Shown here piece by piece: positions 38,931-51,709 of a stretch of 64,000 nt of DNA (within the stretch, counting starts at the first letter, position 1; each line of letters starts with the position of its first letter). The notes under the pieces are model-generated. The model was not told where the DNA came from, did not search any database, and worked only from the letters and a program-made list of their open reading frames with translations. Origin of the DNA: Malacoraja senta. Lineage: Eukaryota. The translations under genes were made by a program, and so were the position numbers. The stretch spans positions 10,356,001 through 10,420,000 of the forward strand of contig CM075996.1 of NCBI GenBank assembly GCA_038087875.1, in the 5' to 3' direction.

Positions 38931-39711
38931 TTCCTTTGACTTCTGTTAATAGATGATTGTTGGATTTAGTTGAGTTTATTATTGTCATGTATATCAAGGT
39001 ACAGTGAAGAGCTTATTTGCATGCTATCCAGACAAAGAAAAAACAATACATGAGTACAATCAAGCTGTCTACAGTGCATGGTTAAAGGGTACAACATTTA
39101 GTGCAAGTCCAACAAGGTCTTCAATGAGGTTGATGGGAGGTCAGGACAGCACTCGAGCTGATGACAGGACCGTTCAATTGACTGTTAACAGCAGGGAAGA
39201 AACTCCCTGAATCTGGAGGTGTGCGTTTTTAAACTTCCGTACCTCTTTGCTGATGGGAGAGGGGAGCAGAGGGAGTGTCCGGGGTGAGACTGGTCCCTGA
39301 TGATGCTGGCAGCCTTACCCAGGCAGCGTGAAGTGTGGACGCAGTCATTGTTGGGGAGGCTGGCTTGTGTGAAGGTCTGGGCTATGTCCACAATTATCTG
39401 CTATCTCTTGCAGCTGTTCCAAAACCAGGTTGTGATGCATCTCAATAAAATGCCTTCTACAACACATCTGTATGCGTTAGTGAGGGTTGTTGGGGACATG
39501 CCAAGCTTCCTAAGCCTTCTAAGGAAGTAGAGAATTTTTCAACTGATTTTAAAAGACTTCATCTGTACTTCCTTAAACACAAAATTCACTGTTTTAAAAG
39601 ATGTTAGTGAAACATTTCAATGAACCTGGTACGTTTTCAGTGGGACTGCCAACAGAAGCAGACGAGTGGACGTACTGGAAAGTAAGGTCCCAGTGAGGGT
39701 ACAAGAGCCCC

Positions 39712-39897
39712 TGGGAGTGTAGAGTGAGGGGGGCAGGGGGAGTGTAGAGTGAGGGGGGCAGGGGGAGTGTAGAGTGGGGCAGGGGGAGTGTAGAGTGGGG
39801 CAGGGGCAGTGTAGAGTGGGGCAAGGGGAGTGTAGAGGGAGGGGGCAAGGGGAGTGTAGAGTGGGGCAAGGGGAGTGTAGAGTGAGGGGGGCCCAGG
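39712..39897 (+). repeat. G-rich ~21-24-bp minisatellite (GGGGAGTGTAGAGTGGGGCA)n
   Basis: About 8 consecutive units. Confidence 0.85.
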
Positions 39898-40359
39898 GGA
39901 ATGGGGATTGCGATCGTCACCTGGTTTCCAGCCGGTTAGACAGCAGATTATTGGAGTTTTACTGTCGTCATGGTGGGAGTGGACATATTAAGGTCATGCA
40001 TTAACACAGAACACAGCTCGTGACGGTGCAGAATTGGTTGGGCTAATGGAACAAATGTCTGCACTAGAACCTTTAATTTACTGGGAACTCTGGCAGTACC
40101 ATCGACGCACAGCTGTGTCATTTTTATACACTGTTTAGTACAAAAGGAGCTTTGTATAGTTTATCAAAAGTTTGCCTTGTGTTGCTACTTTTCAGTTTGA
40201 GAAGCATGGTTAACTGTGGATGTGATGGTGCTGTAGTAAACTGCTGACCTGTTAAACCGCATTTTCCTGGGTGCAATGGTTGCATTGAGGCATGTGATTC
40301 TCCGTTGCAATAACCAGTGCTGCCTGCAACATCTAATTCTGTCTTCTTGTTCCTGTTAG

Positions 40360-40608
40360 CTTCCAGGGGTACTCCTGTGCAGAACAATGCTTATGGATAC
40401 GAACCAGTGGGTGTGATGAGTTTTGGATTTGCGCCAGCAAACGGCCCATATGCAGCCAATGGCCCTTACGCAGCCAATGGCCCCTATGCAGCAAATGGCC
40501 CCTATGCAGGGAACGGTGCATACGCCTATCAGCCGCCTCCTATGAATGGTTATGGACCTCAGCCAACAACAGTGGGTTACTCTTATGGAATGTCTGCACT
40601 ACCTCCAG
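40360..40608 (+). CDS. WBP2NL: WW domain-binding protein 2 N-terminal-like, Pro/Tyr-rich exon ((A)SRGTPVQNNAYGY...SALPP)
   Basis: Polypyrimidine tract plus TAG acceptor, GT donor, 249 nt, phase 1-1. The ASRG...AYGY start matches the post-GRAM exon of WBP2-family genes. Confidence 0.85.
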
Positions 40609-41906
40609 GTATCTCTCCAACTTCAAGTAACCCTTCCTTTCCCTCTCTCTTCGTCCCTCCCCCACTCTAGTTCTCTGACTAATTTCACTGTCCTGCTGAT
40701 TCATTTTACTGTTTGTATGGAATCATAGAAAATAGGTGCAGGAGTAGGCCATTCGGCCTTTCCATCAACTGATCATCCAAAATCAGTTGATTTTCTGCAG
40801 TTCCTGCTTTCTCCCCGTATCCCTTGATTCCGTTAGCCCTAAGGGCTAAATCTCTATCTTGAATACGTTGCTTCGTTGTTACCTTTACCTAGGCCAACAA
40901 AGAACCATTGTACATTTCCTTGAACATCGTCTGCTTTGATCTGTCCTTTTCACACCTGACATGCTCTTTGTACATTTCCATATCTCTAGTTTCCCTCTCC
41001 CCTGACTCTCAGTCTGAAGATCTCGCCTGACTGTCTGAAGAAGGGTCTCAACCTAAAATGTCACCCATTCCTTCTATCCAGCGATGCTCCCTGACCCGCA
41101 GTGTTACTCCAGCATTTTGTGTCTACCTTAATTTTCTTCAAAACCCTTTTCTGGGTCTGATAAAATAATGTCACCACTATCAGACATGCAGCTTATGCAG
41201 CTGCAGAACCATTAATAAGCATGTTGTTTCCTCTTAATAAATGCTAAAAAGAAAATGCAGGAATCTTCAATGATAAAAGATCAAGTTTCATCTGATTGCC
41301 ATCTACAATTCTGCAGGTTGTGTTGTGTAGGAAGCAACAGCAGATGTTTGTTTACACCGAAAATAGACACAAAATGCTGGAGCACATCAGCGGGACAGGC
41401 AGCTTCTCTGGAGAGAAAGAATGGGTTTTGGGTCAGAGTCTGAAGAAGGTTCTCAACCCGAAACGTCACCCATTCCTTCTCTCCAGAGATGCTGCCTGTC
41501 AGACTGAATAACCAGCATTTTGTGTCGATATCTTCTGTGTAATGGTGTTATTGGCTAAGCATGGGAATTAATCATTGTTGTATTGAACAGGCCAGGAATG
41601 TGATGAGAGAAACTGCTGGCATTGGAGAGCTTTGAAACTGTAGGTTTGAAGGACCAGTCTGAACCAAGAAATCTCTGCTTCCCACACATCTCAATTTACC
41701 CCAAAATATTGTTTTGGAAATTTTGCTTTAAAAGTGAAACCTCAGTGTTGTCCTGCTGGCCAGATTTCCCGAGCTCTGGGTTAATTTCAAAAGACTAGCA
41801 CATTCGGAGAAAGAAATCTTGGCCGGCACAGTGGTGCAGCGGTAGAGTTGCTGCCTTACTGTGCCAGAGACCCGGGATCGATCCTGACTATGGGTGCTGT
41901 GTTTGT

Positions 41907-42600
41907 ATCAGAATCAGAATCGGAATCAGAATCAGAATCGCACTTTATTCGCCAAGTATGTTTTGCAACATACGAGGAATTTCATTGGCCAGGGCAGTCA
42001 TACAATTAAGAGCAACAGACTCAAAAACACATTTTAACATGAACATCCACCACAGTGACTCCTACACATTCCTCACTGTGATGTTAGGCGAAATAAAGTT
42101 CAAGTCTCTTCCTTTTGTTCTTCCTCGGTCGTGGGCCTCGAGCCCCCGTTGACGGGATGATCTTGACTCCCGTAGCCGGCGGTGTTCGGGCCCTCCGCAT
42201 CGAGGCGTTCAGCTCCTGCATCGGGGGGTTGTCAGCTCCCCCGCGCCGGGCGATCGAACCTCGCGTCGAACCTTCGGCTGCATCGGAGCTCCTGACTAGC
42301 CTCACCCGAGACTGCGAGCCCTTGATGGTAAGTCCACGGTGGCCGTGGTGGGAGCGCACCCAGGCAAGGGATCCGCTCCGATGTTAAGTCCGCGCCTGCG
42401 GTGGGGCTCACGACAGTCCGAGTAGGCCTCCAGCTCCAGTGATGGTAGGCCGCAGAACAGGGAGAATGTGATCCGAAAAATTGATCACATCTCCGGGAAG
42501 GTAGGAACTTGAAAAAAAGCTTCCCCCGATCCCCGATCCCCTCCCCCACATAAAACAAACCGAAGTACATTAAAACAAACTTTTAACAAGCGCTAAAAAT
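41907..42600 (-). mobile_element. GC-rich non-coding retroposon with (TTCTGA)n tail inserted into a SINE (41823-42812)
   Basis: (TCAGAA)n on +. Shared AACATCCACCACAG...CATTCCTCACTGTGATG motif. SINE head before and SINE body after. Confidence 0.65.
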
Positions 42601-43018
42601 AACATGTTGTCCCTGTGACCTGCGCTGGTTTCTCCGGGATCTCCGGGTTCCTCCCACACTCCAAAGACGTGCAGGTTTATAGGTGAATTGGCTTGGTATA
42701 ATTGTAAACTGTCCCGTGTGTGTAAGATAGCGTTTGTGTGCGGGGATCGCTGGTCGTCATGGACGCAGTGGCCCGAAGGATCTGTTTCCGTGCTGTATCT
42801 CTACATTAAACTACTGCAATCTGGAGATTTCTTGAACGTCTGCAAATCTGCTGTGGTTAAATGTGGAATAAGTGTGTTCACAGTGGTGAGAGTCTGCAGA
42901 TTCTATTAGAAACTACTTTCTCCCCAATGTAATTCTGCATCAGTGCTACCATCAAATGGCCTTGGGCAGGAATAAATTCACATTGATTGTAATTTGTGCA
43001 TCTAACTTCTGATTCCAG

Positions 43019-43117
43019 GTGCGCACCCATCTGCTCCTGCCATGGACATGTACATGCCGCCCCCACCTCCTTACCCTGGACTTCCTCCAGCCAATATGGC
43101 TCAACATGGACTGCCTG
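43019..43117 (+). CDS. WBP2NL: WBP2NL exon with PPxY motif ((G)AHPSAPAMDMYMPPPPPPYPGLPPANMAQHGLP)
   Basis: TTCCAG acceptor, GTACGT donor, 99 nt, phase 1-1. PPPPYPG is characteristic of the WBP2 family. Confidence 0.88.
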
Positions 43118-43224
43118 GTACGTACACTGAAACTCACCATTTGGGTAATGATACGATAGAATGTTATTCATCCCCAGAGGGAAATTGGTCTGCGCATCAC
43201 CTTCTGTGCGTGTTCCTGAATTCC

Positions 43225-43675
43225 AGTTCAGTTTAGTGAGTTTATTGTCACGGGTACAGTGAAAAGCTTTTGTCGCTTGCTAACCAGTCGGCAGAAAGAC
43301 AATACATGATTACAATCAATGCATTTACAGTGTACTGATACATGATAAGGGAATAACGTTTAGTGCAGGGTAAAGCCAGCAAAGTCCAATCAAGGATAGT
43401 CCAAGGGTCATCAAAGAGGTAAAGAGTAGTTCTGGACTGCTCTCTAGTTGTGGTAGAATGATTCGGTTGCCTGACAACAGCTGGGAAGAAACTGTCCCTG
43501 AATCTGGTGAGTGTTTTCAAAATTCTATACCTTTTGCCCGAAGGGAGAGGGGAGAGTGGCCAGGGTGCGACTCGTCCTTGATTATGTTGCTGGCCTTGCC
43601 GAGGCAGCGGGGGGTATAAAGAGTCAATAGAATGGGAGGTTGGTTTGTGTGATGACCTGGGCTGCGTCCACAATT
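43225..43675 (-). mobile_element. Rex1/Babar LINE 3' end (similar ends at ~38960-39530 and ~58380-58715)
   Basis: CLGKASNIIKDESHPGH...LPSGKRYR...RFRDSFFPAVVR. Confidence 0.8.
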
Positions 43676-43865
43676 CGGTTTTCCGTTTTTTATTTGTAAA
43701 AAAATTTGAAAACCATGTATCATTTTCCTTCCACTTCACAATTATGCACCACTTTGTGTTGGTCTATCACATAAAATCCCAATAATATACATTTACGTTT
43801 GTGGTTGTAACGTGACAAAATGTGGAAAAGTTCAAGGGGTATGAAAACTTTTGCAAGCCACTGTA
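43676..43865. mobile_element. Single terminal segment of a Tc1-like DNA transposon
   Basis: Reverse complement reads TACAGTGGCTTGCAAAAGTTTTCATACCCCTTGAACTTTTCCACATTTTGTCAC, a Tc1-type TIR flanked by TA. No partner end seen. Confidence 0.8.
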
Positions 43866-46647
43866 AACTCCAGACTCTCTGGCACCTCTCGCAGCCTGTC
43901 CCAGCTCTGCAGAGATCATTCCCTATCTGACCAATCTCCCAACAAGCCCTGAAACTTAGCCCCATTTTAGAAGTCCTCACTGGTCCAATTTAGCCAGGAT
44001 TAACATTCCTTCCTTTTATCATTATGATAATCCATCATAAATGATAACTAAAGTAGTTTAGTTACCAGCTAACCAGATATACATGTGTGTGCTTTACATT
44101 CCCTTTCTATCAGTTGCACAAGATGATGTTGTTTCTTCTGAGAATCTTGTAAAGCATCCCGAGTTTGCATGGGCATCACTTCACAAGTCCTATCTGAGGA
44201 ATCTTCACCTCCCGAGTTTTCGTGGGTGCAAACTCCCTCCATCCGTGCTCCTGCCCAGTCTTCCTTCACCTTCCAGTTGAACCTAGATCCTAGAAAAACC
44301 TCAAAAACACTTGGACAAAGCAAGTTACCATTATATCATACACTTGCTATTCCCATTCCACTGAAACCTAACTAGCCCTATTCTAATGTCTATTGCTCAC
44401 ATTCCCTAACCTAAACTATCATTCTAGGATTGGCCTGGAATCTCCCTCTTCACACAACATGATGACAGAGAATCATATAATTTACAGCTGGGTGTGGTCA
44501 GAATTTCCCTAAAGGCGAAACTTAAATTTAAAGCAAACCATAATACATGTTCCAATTAAACCAAATTCAGTCTCGGCCTTCAATTTACCATTATAAATTT
44601 TCAAGCCCTTTCTTCATTCCACAGCATTGTAGCTGATATTACAATTCCTTTCCAATTCCTGTGGAATTCCCAGCTGTTCAAATTTAGACAATCAATTTCC
44701 ATCCCACTAATTCATGCAAAATCCAATTAAAGTTCCAAATCCAGGGACAATTTCTTCTCACCTTGATAGCATAAGCCTCTTTATTATCAAGGGTTAAGCA
44801 ATTCTAATCTGTTGGGCAAATACACATCGGTTCTGCTATTCCAATACAATCCAAGTTTTAACCCCTGCAGTTAACCAAGTCAATCCTATACTCTCCCTTA
44901 TCCTATATGCTCTTACTATGATGATGCTAACTCTTCACTCTAATGCTTCTTTATTTCCACTCCTATTATGTCAGCTCCTACTATTATTCTATTCTTACTA
45001 GGTTGGCTTCGTTCTCTGTCTAGGGGTTTTTGCTTTTATTCTATTGGCTCCTTTTATCTATTCGTCTTCCCTGGCCTCATTGTCTTTTACTCCACTATAT
45101 TATTATGTTGTTAAATGGTTCTACTGCACCATTACTATATTACTCCAATACTTTGTTGGCTCCGTTGTCTAGGGGTTCTTGTTCTTACAATTTCCTTTTA
45201 CATGGTTAGTATCAGTCATCCGAGGGGAACATATAAACTTTCAATTTACCTCATCATTTTATTCCACCATCTTGCTTTCTTAGGGTGAGTCTTAGTTTCC
45301 GATATTGGTTAAGGTCAGTTCCTCTTTCGAGGGTAACCATATGGTCTCGTCCTATCTTAGACTATTTCTTATGGGTAGGACACGGGAAGAATGTTAAATT
45401 AACAGTAGATCCTTCACTATTTCTAAGACTATCCCTTAAGCCATTTCCGAAGGAACTTACTTATAATTAAATTTTGGCGCAAAGTGAGTATTCTTGCCCC
45501 GAATCACAGAAAAACATTATATTTGAAAATATTCTTCAGAGTGAGATCTGTCCCGAGAGTCATTACATGGCCTTGATAATTTTTACTCCAAGGATGTTTG
45601 AAGTATTTTCTTCCCTCCTTCTGTTCGTCATTCTTGTAACTAGGTGTTATGAGGAGAGGCACTAGGGCAGGCTCTTTTCTTCTCCTTTTTAACGATGGTC
45701 TAGTGAGTGGGGGGGGGGGGGGTTGCTGATGTTTCAGGTATTGCTAAAGGGTAGGACAATGTCAAATTCTTTCTAGTTGGTTACCCTTTCCCTGGGGAGC
45801 TACATTACCTTCAGTTGTTGTCCTCCTGCTCTCAGAGGTCTGTTATTTTTACCTCGCTCCCAGGCAGTCTTTCTTTTGCTGACACAGTCCTGCAGATACA
45901 ATCACTCCACAATGGATTAATACAGTATCTTCATTCCCCACTCCCGATTCTCCTGCGCAATGAGTGTATTGTTTGTTTCCCTAATGCCTCTTTAGTTGAT
46001 ATCTTCCCCACCTAGCTGCTGTCTCATTCTTTTCTTGGTTTCCTCATTGCTCGTTTATTTTTCTTCAATCCAGCCATGTCCTGCTTTCTCATTGGACAAC
46101 CCCTACTCCAATGGCCTAGTTGGGCACAATTGAAACAAACTCCCAACTTCATCATCTTGTTTACTTTAAGGGGTTTCCCAGGATGACCAAGAGAAGGTTT
46201 ATAATCTTCTTCCCTAAAATTTCCATTTTTTACTATAACAGTGAGTCCAATCCGCTCATCCTGGTAGGTCACTTGAGAGGGATTTGGAGTAGGGGCCATG
46301 TTGTTATGTTCCCAGCTCCAGGGTGGGTAGATGGGTCAGGATTGAGAGAATGGGTTAGATTGGGTAAATGGCATATGACTTCTGGGTTCTTGATATTCAG
46401 ACCGCCTTTCTTTCTGGATTCCAGTAATCCCTCCAATTGATGGGTCTCCCATAAGTCCTTAGATCTCGGATCCCTCCAGATTCTTTAGGATCTCTAAGTT
46501 CTTCTTGATCCCGGAAATCCCCTCTCTGACCCATCTCTTTTATCCGTATCTTTGTGGGACAGGCCCTACTCCAATGTCCCATCCCTCCACAAGTACAGCA
46601 TTGGGGGTCTTATTCTACCCCTATGTTCCATTGAAATTTGCTCAAAA

Positions 46648-49600
46648 CAACATGGAACTTTTTTTAAAGATTAATGATACCCCAGAGATCTCACCAACTT
46701 TATTATGGGAATCATTCAAAGCATTTATTAGAGGATCTATAATCTCATATCAAGCTTTTCTAAATAAAAAGAATAAGAAAGAACAAAGGCAGTTAGAAGA
46801 ACGAATTAGAGAATTGGAATTAGATAATGCTAAAGAGCCAACTATAGATAAACATAATAAAATGACAATAATGAAATTTAAATTAAACAAAATATTATCA
46901 GCAAATGTCATTAGATTATTTCAAATTACAGAACAGGAAAATTTTGAATTTGGGGATAAACCACACAAACTTTTGGCTCGACAACTGAAAAAACGGGAAA
47001 AGGATCACACGATTTTAAAGATTAAATCAGATAAAGGGGAATTGTTAACACTACCTAAGGATATTAATAAAAGATTCGCTCAATTTTATCAAAACATATA
47101 CATCTAAAGCGTTAGCAGATAGTACCAAAGTTATAGAGTTCCTGGATAATTGTAATCTCCCAAAACTCAATTTGATCGAACAAGAGGAATTAGGTGCACA
47201 AATCTCAACTAAGGAAATAGAAGAAACAATAAATACATTAAAGAATGGAAAAACACCAGGACCAGATGGTTTTAGTAATGAATTTAATAAAAGATTCTAC
47301 GAGATAATTACACCACGGCTACATAAAATGTATACATATGCTTTTAAAGAACATACACTTCCAGAAACATTAGCGGAATCAACGATTACACTTATACCTA
47401 AAAAAGGTAAAGATTTAGAAGATCTGGGTTCTTATAGAGCTATTGCGCTGTTAAATACAGATTAAAAAATATTAGCGAAAACATTAGCTAGAAGATTAAG
47501 TAACTATGTTAGTAAATTAATAAATCCGGATCAAACAGAGTTTATACCCAAGAGATATTCATGCAATAACCTGAGACGTCTGTTTAATATAATGCACTCG
47601 CATAAAACCGAAGAACAAGACTTATCAATTATTTCACTGGACGCAGAAAAAGCATTTGATCAAGTGGAATGGGATTACCTTGTCAAAGTATTGCAAAAAT
47701 TTCAAATGGGAGAGAATTTTATCGCTTGGGTAAAATTATTATATGATAGGCCTACTGCCAGAGTATTAACTAATAATATTTTGTCCCCGAAATTTCAATT
47801 ACCAAGGGGAAATAGACAGGGATGTTCATTATCACCTCTGCTTTTTGCTCTTGTAATAGAACCGTTAGCGGAAAGTATTAGAATACATCCGAATATCCAC
47901 GGGTATAATACAAAATACTCAAATAATAAGATATCATTATATGCAGATGATGTACTACTATATATCACAAAATCACAAATTAGTATACCAAATATATTAA
48001 ATTTAATAGAGGAATTTGGATCCTTTTCAGGATATAGAATAAATTGGAATAAAAGTGAAATTATGACGATTAAACCTCAAGACCCAACACACCTGTTAAA
48101 ATTCCCTTTTAAAATCGCTTCAGAAAAATTTAAATATTTGGGAATTGAAATTACTAGAAAATATAAATCTTTATTTAATGCAAACTATATGCCCTTACTC
48201 AATAAATTAAACATACTGATTAAATTCTGGAAAACTCTTCCGATGTCTCTTATAGGCCGAATAAATGCTATAAAAATGATCTTCTTACCACAAATTTTAT
48301 ATCTATTCCAGTCAATATATTTACCAAAAATTTTTTTTTTTAATTGGATGCTGATATTACAACCTTTATATGGGACTATAAATCCCACAGAATCCAAAGA
48401 AAACATTTGTGTAAACCTAAAGAATCTGGCGGATTATCACTCCCTAATTTTTTATATTATTACTGGGCCACAAATGTCAAGAATATGATTCACCTGTTGG
48501 ACAATTCGGCCCAGCAGGTGGATTGGATAGTAATGGAGAGAGAGGATTGTTCCCCTTTTAACATAGGAGCGATCCTTCTCTCACCAACAAAAATGAAGAA
48601 TACAATATACAGTAAAAATCCAATTATTCATAGTACAATTAGAATTTGGAAACAAATAAAATTATCTTTAAAATTAAGAAATCTATCACTTCTCTCACCT
48701 ATAATGAACAACCCTTCGTTTAAACCTTCTATGATAGATAAATCTTTTATAAATTGGGATAGAGTAGGAATTAAAACGTTTGGAGATATGTACGATAATG
48801 GAAGTTTTTTTAACATTTCACCAACTACAACTTAAATACAACTTGAGTAGTAATCAATATTTTAAATACTTTCAAATACGTGACTATTTGAAAAAATATA
48901 CACGAGAATATCAAAATATGTCTCCTGACCTATTAGATGAGATATTGAATATAAAAGCGGAATCAGCTAATTTAATATCATACCTGTATAATTCCATTTT
49001 AAACATAGAAATTCCATCATCTGATGGGATTAGAAGAGAATGGGAACAGGAACTAGCTATAAAAATCTCAAAAGAGAGTTGGGATAAACACCTGTTATAT
49101 GTGCATAAATGCTCGATTAACGTAAGACATACTCTAATTCAATTTATAATGTTACAGATTATACTATTCGAAAGTTAAATTATGTAAATTTTACCCAAAT
49201 ACCTCTTCTATCTGTGATAAATGCCTAACCCAAGAAGCAACTATAGCACATTCTTTTGTTTTTTGTATAAAAATCCAAAAAATTTGGAATGACATTTTTG
49301 AGATTTTCACTAAATTATTTAAAATAAAGCTGAAACCGAATGCAGAACTGATTATTTTTGGAACAATAGAAGCAAGTTTGGAGCTGATTTCGTTTCAAAG
49401 GAGTTTCCTTAATTATGGCTTAATAACGGCAAAAAAACTTATACTGAAATTTTGGAAAAATGCTCCTACGCCAACGACAAAAATGTGGATTTCTAATATG
49501 TCGAAATTGTTACACCTAGAAGATATGGGATTCCTCCTAGCAGGTAAACAAGACCAATTCCAAAAGATTTGGTCTCCATTTATCGACTTATTACAAACAT

Positions 49601-49978
49601 AGGGTGCAACAAAATGTTGATAATAAATGATTTCAGGACCTGGCGAGGGGTGAGTAAAGATATGAAGTAGGTACATCCCTTTCATATTGTCCTACCTTAT
49701 CTTATGCTTTCTTTTTTCTTTTTCCTCCTTTTGGTTTTTCTCTTTTTCTTTCCTTTTTTTTTTTCTCTAACTATTTCTTGTGGTTTAGGTCCATATGGGT
49801 GTTCCTGGACCACTCTTTCAATCACTCACTTACTATCTTTACTAACGTAATCCTTTTTTCTTATTAAAGTTTAAAATAAGAAGTGGTACAAGAAAAGTAT
49901 AAACTTACGTTATTGCAGATTATTGTAATGTACAATACTTCTAATAAAATAAAAAATACAAAAAAAAAAATAAAAAAA
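46648..49978 (+). mobile_element. 5'-truncated L1-clade LINE inserted in ERV gag
   Basis: ORF2 pieces KTPGPDGF, SLDAEKAFDQVEW, RGNRQGCSLSPLLF, LYADD, GGLSLP. AATAAA plus poly(A). Perfect 15-bp TSD GAAATTTGCTCAAAA at 46633-46647 and 49979-49993. Confidence 0.95.
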
Positions 49979-51709
49979 GAAATTTGCTCAAAATGATGGA
50001 CAAAACGGTGGTGACCATTTGAGTAATCTGGGACCCTGATTTTTTCCAATCTGTACTTTTCGGGTACTCTGGGAATCCCTGGGTCATAATTAGACTGGAA
50101 AATCTTCTTTTGCTGCGCATTTACTTTCCTTTTGGGTGACGGGGTAATCCTTCTGATTTCTACCCTCCTTCTAGTAATATCTCACAGCTCTGGCTATCTG
50201 GGTGGCTCGGCTTTCAGACCAGTTCCTGTTATTAATTCTGATTAAATTGGCTATTCTAGTAGTGAGACAACTCAATAAAACTGCACATTATTGAGGGGAA
50301 CTTGCTCCATTCTGAAAGTCCAGATCTCCTGATTGATCTATGTATAACTTTGAAAAGCGGTCTAAGAATTCGTCTGATCCTTCACCCTTTTCTGGTCTTA
50401 ATTCCAGGACTCGACTTAAATTTCCTGGTTTCTGAAAGGTTCTTGTGAGGGCTGTTAAAACAGCCTCTTCCCTTGCACTGTCATCCATTGTTGCATCTGC
50501 TACTTTTTCAGAAAGTAGGATAACCTAGGGCTACTAAAAATCCAGTATTCTCAGCTGGAGTGATTATCTGCTGAATGATTTCCCACAGATCCCGTGAGTC
50601 TGCATGGTGGTTCGCAAATACTCTATGAACGCAGCAGGGGATTTCTTTCTATCAGCAATTTGGTTTAGTACTGCCATTATTTCATGGGGCTTCCATGGCA
50701 TATGGGTGTCTGTGATGCGGGGAATACTCACACTCACTGTGCTGGCTGAATCTGTTATACTTACTCCTTCTTTTACTGGTAACTGCTTATAGGTTACTGG
50801 TCCAAGAAATAAGCTATCGGTTATGTCAAAAATCATTGTCTCTCCCTCCGACACGTCTTCTGGTTCGCTAAAGGTCTCCCAGTATTGCTCAATTAAGTCC
50901 TTCCTTTCTACTCGAGTGATCTGCCTAGGCTGTGGCTCACAGAAATACTCTGGTGGTTGTGCAACATCGAACATACCTTCCTTCTCTTTGAACACCGGAG
51001 CTAACCTTTTCGTTCTACTCCGGGTGCAATAAGCTACTGGGCGATCTGTCAGAGAGGTCGTGAATAAGCTTGACGGACCTGTTACTTCAGTATCAGTGGT
51101 TGACGAAACCTGTTCAGAGGTAGAGTCTGCCGGAGTTGCTATAGATTCTGCAGGTCTAAAATATTTATTGTGGACACAAGTCATACATGGTGCTAATGAA
51201 GCCCGGGGATTACAAGAGGAACATGGTGGGAGCTGTGAACCTCTACTGACACTAGTATTAGTCCATTCCTCAAAATACTCATCCTCTCCCGTTCGGGATC
51301 AACACTAACCATCGGATTCTTAATCTCTAATGTTATAGGGACTCTTTTTCTTCTGGGTGATCCACCTACCCTTTGCTCTGACTGTTCCCCTCTTTCTTCA
51401 CTCCTGCTTTCATCATCGATTCATTTTACCTTCTTTTAATTCTAATCCAAGCTTAGCGATCGCTCTTTCCCAACTAGCCATTCTCGTAACCTCCTTCACC
51501 TTTCGATCTTGGAAATATTTTTTCCATAACCCTATCAATTCTTTTGCCCCCTCGTTATTACTATGTTGCCAAATGATTCATTTTATGTACTTTATCCCTT
51601 TTACCGTTCGGATTCCACCATAATTGATTCCTTAATTTTTTATTTAATGCTCCCGATAAAGTTGTTAATTCTCGGCTTTGTGAGGAAACTCATTACACAT
51701 TAAGTGTAG

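Noticed and set aside
39641..39681. Possible 41-nt exon (TTTTCAG...GTAAGG) phase-compatible with WBP2NL 40360
   Set aside because: The peptide GTANRSRRVDVLE does not resemble the WBP2-family GRAM region. Unsupported without RNA data.
44006..46020. ERV pol or env
   Set aside because: No DTG, YxDD, DDE, furin site, ISD or CX6CC motif seen. Only short ORFs.
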